Sequence record: DRR723986_1328
Length of the DNA: 64,000 nucleotides
Direction: 5' to 3' (one strand)
Below the pieces are notes generated by a model. That model saw nothing but the letters and a program-made list of their open reading frames with translations, searched no databases and was not told the origin of the DNA. A program made the position numbers and the translations under genes. Shown one piece after another: positions 41,122-49,032 of the stretch (position 1 is its first letter; every line of letters begins with the position of its first letter).

Positions 41122-41945
41122 GGACGATCTCCTTTCGTGCTCGATCTCACCCTTCTCACGATTTGCACGCCCGGGACAAGACTGACGACAAACAGCGCCA
41201 TCGCCGCAACGACGATGGAGGGGCCGGACGGGGTATCGTAGGCCAGCGAACTATAGAGCCCGCCGACGACGGCGGCGGCTCCTGTCAGGGCTGCAATCAC
41301 CGCCATCTGTTCCGGCGATGCCGACAGGCGCCGGGCGGCTGCGGCGGGAATGATCAGCAGCGCGGTAATCAGCAGCGCGCCGATGATCTTCAGAGAAATG
41401 GCAATGACGATTGCCGTCAGCAGCATGAAGATCAGCTCGGTCCGCTCAGGCTTCAGCCCCTCGCCCGCGGCAAGGTCCGGACTGACTGTTGCCGCGAACA
41501 GGCGACGCCATATGACCACGAGGACACCGAGAACGATCGCACCACCAGCGTAGATCATTGCAATGTCCATGGGTGTGACGGCCAGGATATCGCCGAAGAG
41601 CAGCCCCAGCAGATCGACCCGGACCCATGTCATGAAGGCCAGACAGACCAATCCCAGGGCGAGCGCGGAATGGGACAGCAAACCAAGCAACGCATCGGAA
41701 GACAGCGTGTCGCTGCGCCTCAGTGCCATCAGCACGATCGCCAGAAGGATGGAAACAACCCCGACGGCCAAAGTGGTGTTGACGTTGAGGAGCAGCGACA
41801 GGGCAACGCCCAGCAAGGCTGCGTGCGACAGCGTATCGCCGAAATAGGCCATGCGACGCCAGACGATGAAACAGCCAAGCGGTCCAGCAACAAGTGCCAC
41901 ACCTATGCCGGCAATGAGTGCACGGGTGAAGAAATCATCCAGCAT
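41118..41945 (-). CDS. znuB: Zinc ABC transporter permease
   Basis: GPLGCFIVWRRMAYFGDTLSHAALLG, LFGDIL, DTPSGPSIV. Confidence 0.93.
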   Translation of the reverse strand: MLDDFFTRALIAGIGVALVAGPLGCFIVWRRMAYFGDTLSHAALLGVALSLLLNVNTTLAVGVVSILLAIVLMALRRSDTLSSDALLGLLSHSALALGLVCLAFMTWVRVDLLGLLFGDILAVTPMDIAMIYAGGAIVLGVLVVIWRRLFAATVSPDLAAGEGLKPERTELIFMLLTAIVIAISLKIIGALLITALLIIPAAAARRLSASPEQMAVIAALTGAAAVVGGLYSSLAYDTPSGPSIVVAAMALFVVSLVPGVQIVRRVRSSTKGDRP

Positions 41946-42777
41946 TTCGAATGCCGCCTTCTTTCTCCGCAGCCGCGTCGGCAGGTGCGTGATGATGCTC
42001 GCCGGAACAGGAGGAACACAGCGAACCGTCCGCGTGGCGCACCTTTCCATCCGGCAGATGCACGTGGTCATGGTGATGTTCATAGACGGCAATCGCCGCA
42101 TTGCGCCGGTTGCCAAACAGCGCATGATACCGGTCGTCACGGCTGACGTCAGAGGGGGTTCCGCGGCAGCAAACGTGACCATTGAGGCAAATCACCTGAT
42201 CTGCTGCCGCCATCACGACATGAAGATCGTGAGAGATCATCAGGATGCCGCAGCCAAGCGTGTTGCGGATTTCGGAAATGAGGTCGTAGATCGCGATCTC
42301 ACCGGCATAATCCACGCCTTGCACCGGTTCGTCCAACACCAGCAGCCCGGGATTGCGGGCAATCGCGCGGGCAAGCATGACACGCTGCATTTCACCGCCG
42401 GAGAGCGTGCGCATCTGAGAAGTCATCAGCCTTTCAGCGCCGGTGCGCGCCAGCGCAGCGCGGCATTCGGCATCGGACAGGGGGTTCGTCAGCCGCATGA
42501 ACCTGGCGACCGTCAGCGGCAACGTCCAGTCGATGGCGAGCTTCTGCGGCACATAGCCAATCTTCAGGCCGGGCTTGCGTTCGGCACGGCCTTCGCTCGG
42601 GCTCAGGATACCAAGCGCCATCTTGGCCGTTGTCGACTTGCCGGAACCGTTGGGCCCGATAAGCGTCACGATTTCACCCGGAGAAACCGATAGATCTACG
42701 CCGCGCACCAGCCATTCACCGCCCTTGCGGATGCCTGCGCGGTCAAGCTGAACAAGCCTGGTATCCGAATTTGTCAT
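41935..42777 (-). CDS. znuC: Zinc ABC transporter ATP-binding protein
   Basis: GPNGSGKST, GYVPQKL, LSGGE, LDEPVQGVD, CLNGHVCC, His-rich tail. Confidence 0.93.
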   Translation of the reverse strand: MTNSDTRLVQLDRAGIRKGGEWLVRGVDLSVSPGEIVTLIGPNGSGKSTTAKMALGILSPSEGRAERKPGLKIGYVPQKLAIDWTLPLTVARFMRLTNPLSDAECRAALARTGAERLMTSQMRTLSGGEMQRVMLARAIARNPGLLVLDEPVQGVDYAGEIAIYDLISEIRNTLGCGILMISHDLHVVMAAADQVICLNGHVCCRGTPSDVSRDDRYHALFGNRRNAAIAVYEHHHDHVHLPDGKVRHADGSLCSSCSGEHHHAPADAAAEKEGGIRNAG

Positions 42778-42821
42778 AGTCCTGAAAGCCTGCTGCGCTC
42801 TTTGGGAACCAACGCCCTGGC

Positions 42822-42838
42822 GTTACGTTATTACGTAT
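42822..42838. promoter_or_regulatory. Putative Zur box upstream of znuC
   Basis: TACGT-tatt-ACGTA (42824-42837), resembling the TGTTATAACA-type Zur core. Confidence 0.5.
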
Positions 42839-42948
42839 GTAGCGTTCAAGCCACTTGCTTGCAACTTGTCCCGGTGCTGATTAACACTGAAAGCAACACC
42901 GGTGCGCCCGCAAGCGCCCGAATGTGCCAGCAGAACAGGAAGCAAAGC

Positions 42949-44352
42949 ATGATTTTCCCTTGTATTTTGTCCGGTGGTGTCGGTTCGCGGCTGTGGCCGC
43001 TGTCACGCACCGACCGGCCAAAACAGTTTTTGCCACTTTTTGGCGGGGAAAGTCTGTTCCAGAAGACCTGCAAGCGCGTCAATCGGCCGGACTTTGCCGC
43101 TCCGATCGTGATCGGCAGCAATGCCCACCGGTTTCTGATCGGCGAGCAGCTCAACGAACTGGGGCTGGAAGCCCAGTCCATCCTGCTTGAGCCTGTCGGC
43201 CGAAATACAGCGCCCCCTGCCCTGATGGCAGCGTTGATTGCCGCTGAAACCGACCCGAACGCCCTGATCCTGCTGTTGCCCTCAGACCACCTGATCCGGA
43301 AGGAAGATCTTTTCCTGACTGCCGTCCATCAGGCGGAGACAGCCGCTCACGCAGGCAAGATCGTGACCTTCGGCATCGAACCCAGCGAAGCCAACACCGG
43401 ATACGGATACATCAAGGTTGCAAGTGGCAGCGAGCCTGTGCGGCCTGTGGAAGCCTTTGTTGAGAAGCCTGACCAGGACCGTGCCGATGCCTTCCTGAAG
43501 GACGGCAGCTATGTCTGGAATGCCGGCATCTTTCTTTATGCTGCCAATACGATGATTGATGCTTTCAAGAAGCACCAGCCGGAGCTGTACGAGAACATCG
43601 TCGCCGTCATGAAGACACGGCATGGGGATCTGGATTTTATGCGACTGAACCAGGAAGCCTTCGAAGCACTGGACAACATTTCCATCGACTACGCCATCAT
43701 GGAAAAGGCGGACAACGTCGTCTGCGCGCCCGTTGCACCGGAATGGGACGACCTGGGTTCCTGGTCGGCGATCTGGACGGTCCTGGACAAGGATGCCCAG
43801 GGCAATTCCGGATTGGGCGATGCCCGCTTTCTCGATAGCAACAACTGCTTGGCCTATGCTGAACGCGGGCTCGTATCCGTTATCGGCCTTGAGGATGTCA
43901 TGGTGATCGCCACGACCGACAGCGTTCTTGTTGCCCACAAGGACAAGGCGCAGGACGTCAAGACCGTTGTGGAGCAACTGAAGGCGGAAGGCAGGCATGA
44001 GGTGGACCGGCACCCGAGGTCCTACCGTCCTTGGGGCTACACCGAACGCATCAACGCCGGCGAGCGTTTTTCCGTTCAGTCGATGATGATCAAGCCGGGC
44101 AAGAGGCTCAGCCTGCAAAGCCACCTTCACCGGACGGAGCACTGGGTGGTGGTGTCCGGTACGCTCGAGATTACGATCAATGGCGAAACGCGCCTGCTCA
44201 GCGAAAACCAGTCCGCATATGTGCCGCTTGGAGCGCAGCACACGTTGCATAACCCGGGCAAGATTCCGGTGCGGATGATCGAGGTGCAGTCCGGAACCTA
44301 CTTGCAGGAAGACGATATCCGGCGCCATCCGGAAACATCACAAAACCCATAA
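42949..44352 (+). CDS. manC: Mannose-1-phosphate guanylyltransferase / mannose-6-phosphate isomerase
   Basis: ILSGGVGSRLWPLSR, EPVGRNTAP, FVEKP, ISIDYAIME, WDDLGSW, cupin RPWG...EHWVVVSG. Confidence 0.94.
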   Translation: MIFPCILSGGVGSRLWPLSRTDRPKQFLPLFGGESLFQKTCKRVNRPDFAAPIVIGSNAHRFLIGEQLNELGLEAQSILLEPVGRNTAPPALMAALIAAETDPNALILLLPSDHLIRKEDLFLTAVHQAETAAHAGKIVTFGIEPSEANTGYGYIKVASGSEPVRPVEAFVEKPDQDRADAFLKDGSYVWNAGIFLYAANTMIDAFKKHQPELYENIVAVMKTRHGDLDFMRLNQEAFEALDNISIDYAIMEKADNVVCAPVAPEWDDLGSWSAIWTVLDKDAQGNSGLGDARFLDSNNCLAYAERGLVSVIGLEDVMVIATTDSVLVAHKDKAQDVKTVVEQLKAEGRHEVDRHPRSYRPWGYTERINAGERFSVQSMMIKPGKRLSLQSHLHRTEHWVVVSGTLEITINGETRLLSENQSAYVPLGAQHTLHNPGKIPVRMIEVQSGTYLQEDDIRRHPETSQNP

Positions 44353-44470
44353 CGAGATCGTTTTTCCTGTGATGTGTTCTTGCCCTGCCAGATGATTTCC
44401 GGCAAGACTTCACGTCAATTCGCGACCATGCCCCAGAGGCCAACGCCACGCGACGGAGAGGAAAACGCTC

Positions 44471-45673
44471 ATGCATCATGTCTTCATTTGCGATTATGTC
44501 CGCACCCCCATCGGACGCTATGGCGGCATGCTGTCCTCTGTCCGCGCTGACGATCTAGGTGCGATCCCCATCAGCGCCCTCATGGAGCGCAATCCGGACA
44601 CGGACTGGGCCGAGGTAGATGACGTCTTTTATGGCTGTGCCAACCAGGCCGGTGAAGACAACCGAAACGTCGCGCGCATGTCGGCACTGCTGGCGGGCCT
44701 GCCGGATACAGTTCCCGGTCTGACGCTCAATCGGCTTTGTGGTTCGGGAATGGATGCCGTGATGACTGCGGCCAGGGCGATCAAGGCCGGCGAAATCGAT
44801 CTGGCCATCGCTGGCGGCGTAGAAAGCATGTCCCGCGCACCTTTTGTCATGCCAAAGGCAGACACCGCCTTTTCCCGCTCGGCTGAAATCTTCGACACGA
44901 CAATCGGCTGGCGCTTCGTCAATCCGCTTCTCAAACGCCAATATGGTATCGATTCCATGCCGGAAACGGCGGAAAACGTTGCCGAACAATTCCAGATCTC
45001 GCGACAGGACCAGGATGCCTTCGCGCTGCGCAGCCAGCAACGAGCCTCCGCCGCTCAGCAATCCGGTCGGTTCGCCGAAGAAATCGTTCCCGTGATGATC
45101 CCGCAGCGCAAGGGCGACCCTATTCTGGTGGACAAGGACGAACACCCCAGGAACACAACGCTGGAGGCCCTTTCGGCGCTCAAGACGCCGTTCCGTGAAA
45201 ATGGTTCGGTGACCGCCGGCAACGCGTCCGGTGTCAACGACGGTGCTGCGGCTTTGCTGATCGCGTCGGAAGCTGCGGTGGCCAAGCACAATCTCACGCC
45301 GATCGCCCGCGTCGTCGGTGGAGCCACCGCCGGCGTTCCGCCGCGGATCATGGGCATTGGCCCCGCGCCGGCGACACGCAAGCTCTGCGCGCGCCTCGGA
45401 ATCGCGCTGCCGGAGTTCGACGTGATCGAACTCAACGAAGCTTTCGCCGCACAGGGCATTGCAGTCATGCGAGACCTTGGCCTGCCCGAAGACAGTGAAA
45501 TCCTCAATCCGAACGGCGGTGCGATTGCACTCGGTCATCCGTTGGGGATGTCTGGCGCCAGAATCACGGGAACAGCAGCCCTGGAACTGAAAAAACGGGA
45601 TGGAAACCTGGCGCTTGCCACCATGTGCATCGGTGTCGGCCAGGGTATAGCGCTGGCTCTGGCATCAGCGTGA
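44471..45673 (+). CDS. pcaF: 3-oxoadipyl-CoA thiolase
   Basis: RTPIGRYGG, GCANQAGEDNRNVARM, NRLCGSG, DTTIGWRF, NEAFA, GHPLG, CIGVGQG. Confidence 0.88.
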   Translation: MHHVFICDYVRTPIGRYGGMLSSVRADDLGAIPISALMERNPDTDWAEVDDVFYGCANQAGEDNRNVARMSALLAGLPDTVPGLTLNRLCGSGMDAVMTAARAIKAGEIDLAIAGGVESMSRAPFVMPKADTAFSRSAEIFDTTIGWRFVNPLLKRQYGIDSMPETAENVAEQFQISRQDQDAFALRSQQRASAAQQSGRFAEEIVPVMIPQRKGDPILVDKDEHPRNTTLEALSALKTPFRENGSVTAGNASGVNDGAAALLIASEAAVAKHNLTPIARVVGGATAGVPPRIMGIGPAPATRKLCARLGIALPEFDVIELNEAFAAQGIAVMRDLGLPEDSEILNPNGGAIALGHPLGMSGARITGTAALELKKRDGNLALATMCIGVGQGIALALASA

Positions 45674-45684
45674 GGCGTTTCTGA

Positions 45685-46110
45685 TCAGATCGACAGTTTG
45701 GCGTACCGGTCTTCACCTGTGCGCCAATACCGGCTCGGGCCAGTCCCCACCGGCACCGGCCGGTCTTGTGCGGCAGGTGTTGCTGTCTGAGGAAAAGGCC
45801 CTGACTGCACCCTCTTTTCCATCGTGTCGCTGACTTCGCCCAGTTCATCCGACAGCCTTTCGAAGAGCAGGCTGGGCATGCGCAGCGTCGCGACATAGTA
45901 GGAAATCGCCTCATCTGCCGCTTTTTCCAGGTCCAGTTGACCGATCTCGCGCAGGGTATTTTCCGCCATCACATGAAGTTCGACCGCGTCTTCGACCAGT
46001 GGCTGCGCAACCTCTACCGCCTGGTCGGAATGGCTAGCAACCCAAAAGGCAATTGACGCTGAAAGGCTAACAAAAACAAAAACGTGCAAGTTTCTCAAAA
46101 GAAATCGCAT
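45685..46110 (-). CDS. Hypothetical protein with N-terminal membrane anchor
   Basis: 141 aa; hydrophobic N-terminus; host-like codons; GGGG RBS-like run upstream. Confidence 0.65.
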   Translation of the reverse strand: MRFLLRNLHVFVFVSLSASIAFWVASHSDQAVEVAQPLVEDAVELHVMAENTLREIGQLDLEKAADEAISYYVATLRMPSLLFERLSDELGEVSDTMEKRVQSGPFPQTATPAAQDRPVPVGTGPSRYWRTGEDRYAKLSI

Positions 46111-46128
46111 TGCAACCCCAATGAATAA

Positions 46129-46143
46129 TTAACAAAACGTTAA
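46129..46143. promoter_or_regulatory. CtrA-type box
   Basis: TTAA-caaaacg-TTAA; half-site TTAACCAT on the minus strand at 46218-46225. Confidence 0.6.
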
Positions 46144-46464
46144 ACTACCATTGGTCGTACAGGGCGCATGGAAGATCTGCAACCTGTCCTTGCAGTTCTC
46201 CCTTTTTTTCGAACGCCATGGTTAACAGCGGTCTGCGTTGTTCGGAGACGTACCCTTCTTCGCTTCCCGATCCTGGAACGGACCACTGCGGACGTACTGA
46301 CAGTCCTTCAGCTACATGACCTGGCCGCCCCTTCCCGGCACCGGAAACGGGGCACTGTCAGATTTGCGTGTAGGTATTTGCAGGTACGTAAAATTTTACA
46401 TGCGGTATTACCGGGACTTTAGATCCTGCGACTGTATAAGCGCGGCATCAAAACGGAGGACGTC

Positions 46465-46614
46465 ATGATCGAAAGGACCGGTGAGATGAGGCTCTCATCC
46501 CTGGGATTGCTGCTACTTTTAGCAGCTGCGGCCATGACCTTGTTTGCTGATTTGGGGCCACAGCCCTCGACTTCCGCCAAGGCCAAGTCAGTTTACCAGC
46601 AACTCGCTCATTGA
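46465..46614 (+). CDS. Small 49-aa membrane or secreted protein (not in ORF track)
   Basis: GGAGGA RBS; MIERTGEMRLSSLGLLLLLAAAAMTLFADLGPQPSTSAKAKSVYQQLAH*. Confidence 0.55.
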   Translation: MIERTGEMRLSSLGLLLLLAAAAMTLFADLGPQPSTSAKAKSVYQQLAH

Positions 46615-46649
46615 CCGTTTACGCAAGGTGCCCCACTGACCGAGAAGGT

Positions 46650-47036
46650 TCACCGGCGCAGATCGTGCCCGCGATTTGCTCTGGCTGGAACCGGCACTGG
46701 TTTCATTTGCCCGGTGAAAGATATCGGCAGTCTGCGCCTTGCGGCCCCACCTCCGCCTTTTCCGCTTCGGCCGGTTTCACCCAACAGCATGATGGCTGAG
46801 CCCATGACCACGGATCCGAGGGTGATGAACAGGCCGAATGCCAGCATGATGACCGGCAGCACCGGGTCCTCTGCCGACATGACAAGCACTCTCAGATTAC
46901 CGATATTGCCGAGGAAAATGCCACCCAGCACGAGGCCGGCAATTGCCGTTCCCGCCAGGCCGTTGACTGCAAGCAGACGAAACAAGGGATCTCTCGGAAG
47001 CTTCAAGCGAACCGGCCCCTTCATCGACAATGCCAT
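46650..47036 (-). CDS. Hypothetical 2-TM membrane protein
   Basis: GAGGAG RBS; PRDPLFRLLAVNG, two hydrophobic helices, Gly-rich tail. Confidence 0.7.
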   Translation of the reverse strand: MALSMKGPVRLKLPRDPLFRLLAVNGLAGTAIAGLVLGGIFLGNIGNLRVLVMSAEDPVLPVIMLAFGLFITLGSVVMGSAIMLLGETGRSGKGGGGAARRRLPISFTGQMKPVPVPARANRGHDLRR

Positions 47037-47214
47037 GGCGCGCACTCCTCGCTCTGCGATTGCTGTTGCGATGCATGATCAGCCTAGCGCCGATCGATAC
47101 CTGCCAACAACCTGTCAAATAGACCGATTAAGATCATTTTGAAGATCAGCTCATAGTTTGTTCATCTTCGACGCAAGATTTGTGCAGCGCACTCTTGATT
47201 ACAAATGCGTGAGC

Positions 47215-47238
47215 ATATATCTGTTCGATATATCGAAC
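47215..47238. promoter_or_regulatory. Overlapping palindromes, putative PadR operator
   Basis: ATATATC-N5-GATATAT (47215-47233) overlapping the perfect 16-bp GTTCGATATATCGAAC (47223-47238). Confidence 0.6.
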
Positions 47239-47343
47239 CAACATATGACACTTCTTACGATGCCTATAGCGTCATCCGGATCGCAACCGGGCTCGTATGA
47301 AGGCCGTCATGCCGGGAGGACGCTCCCAGGCACGGAGTTGTCA

Positions 47344-47901
47344 ATGAGTGTACGCAGTCTCTGCCTCGCAATCCTTTCTTTCGGGGATGCCACCGGATAC
47401 GAAATCCGGAAGGAGTCGACCGAAGGCCGGTTCAGCTATTTCGATGATGCGAGCTTTGGCTCGATCTATCCGGCGCTGGCGCGTCTGGAATCGGAAGGGC
47501 TGGTAACCGTGCGCGAGGAGCCGCAGGCAGGCAAACCTGCCCGCAAGGTCTATTCCATCACCGATGCCGGCCGGGAAGACTTCATTCAGTCCCTGTGCGA
47601 TCCACAGGCGCCGGACACTTTCAAATCACCCTTTTTGCTGATCGCCCTCAACGCCGCGCAACTGCCTCCCGAGGTCATCCGCCGCGCGGTCGAACGGCGC
47701 AAGGCGCAGGTGCACGCTGAGTTGCGCCTGCTGACAGACAACGAAAAAGACCAGGAATGTTCGCACCCCGGGTCCAACTGGACCCGTGAATACGGCATTG
47801 CCTGCATGAATTTCACCCTCGCCTATCTGGAAGAACACGGCGAGGCACTGATCAGGATTGCTGAAGAAGCGGCGCAGCCGGTTGCGGCAGCCGCAGAGTA
47901 A
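47344..47901 (+). CDS. PadR-family transcriptional regulator
   Basis: ATGYEI, ASFGSIYPALARLESEG, RKVYSITDAG. Confidence 0.92.
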   Translation: MSVRSLCLAILSFGDATGYEIRKESTEGRFSYFDDASFGSIYPALARLESEGLVTVREEPQAGKPARKVYSITDAGREDFIQSLCDPQAPDTFKSPFLLIALNAAQLPPEVIRRAVERRKAQVHAELRLLTDNEKDQECSHPGSNWTREYGIACMNFTLAYLEEHGEALIRIAEEAAQPVAAAAE

Positions 47902-47928
47902 GCGCAAGACGTTTCGGAGCTTTAGACA

Positions 47929-49032
47929 ATGCGAGTGAAGTTTTCCTACCTCCTGGCGACCGGCATCGCGGCCGGCATCGGTTTCTGGATGTATAGCGGC
48001 ACGATGGTGATCGGTGGTGTCGGCGACAGCGAACATGCCACCCCGCCCCCGGCGCTCAGGGTCAGCCAGGCGTCCACAGAGACCTTCCGCGTTCAGGTGG
48101 AACGTCTGGTGGCGCAAGACCGTCGAGCCGTTCTGGAAGTGCGCGGGCGCACCGAAGCCGAAGCCACGGTGGCTGTCAGATCCAAGACAACCGATGACGT
48201 GGTGGAGCGCCCGGCGCAGGAAGGCGCGCATGTCGCCGCCGGCGATGTGCTTTGTGTTCTCGACAAGGGATCGCGGCAGTCACGCATTCTGGAAGCCAAG
48301 GCTGCCCTGGCTCAGGCGCAACTGGACCATGAGGCAGCAACTCAGTTGAACAGCAAGGGCTTTACCGCTCAAACCCGTGTGGCTGCCCTGCAGGCCCAGC
48401 TCGATGCTGCAAAGGCACGCCTGATTGAGGCCGAGCAGGAGCTGGAACACACAGTTATCCGCTCGCCGATTGCTGGTGTCATCCAGAGCCCCATGGCTGA
48501 AATCGGCGCACAGCTTGAACAAGGCGGCATCTGCGCAACGGTGGTTGATGCGGATCCGATGATTGCCATCGGCGAAGTGTCGGAACTGAATATCTCCGAA
48601 ATCTCGCTGGACATGCCGGCAACGGTCACGCTCGTGACGGGTGAATCGCTCAACGGCAAGGTGCGTTACATCTCGCCGACGGCAAATCCAGACACGAAAA
48701 CCTTCCGTATCGAGATCGAGCTTCCCAATCCCGACGGCAAGGCCAGGGACGGCGTGACGGCAGTCACCAAGCTGGAGCTGGCTGCGGAGAAGGCACACAA
48801 GATTTCACCGGCTATCCTGACGTTGAACGACGCCGGCCAGGTCGGCATTCGTGCAGTCGATGAAAACAACAAGACTGTCTTCTACCCCGTCAAGGTGCTG
48901 GGTGGAGAACAGGACGGAATGTGGATCGGCGGTCTTCCCGACGAAGTCGTCGCCATCACCGTGGGGCAGGAATACGTCTCGGATGGAGAACTCGTGCAAC
49001 CGGTCTTTGAGACGGCAGAGGTGAGTCAATGA
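47929..49032 (+). CDS. RND efflux periplasmic adaptor subunit
   Basis: N-terminal anchor, lipoyl/helical hairpin, IRSPIAG, TKTFRIE. Confidence 0.92.
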   Translation: MRVKFSYLLATGIAAGIGFWMYSGTMVIGGVGDSEHATPPPALRVSQASTETFRVQVERLVAQDRRAVLEVRGRTEAEATVAVRSKTTDDVVERPAQEGAHVAAGDVLCVLDKGSRQSRILEAKAALAQAQLDHEAATQLNSKGFTAQTRVAALQAQLDAAKARLIEAEQELEHTVIRSPIAGVIQSPMAEIGAQLEQGGICATVVDADPMIAIGEVSELNISEISLDMPATVTLVTGESLNGKVRYISPTANPDTKTFRIEIELPNPDGKARDGVTAVTKLELAAEKAHKISPAILTLNDAGQVGIRAVDENNKTVFYPVKVLGGEQDGMWIGGLPDEVVAITVGQEYVSDGELVQPVFETAEVSQ

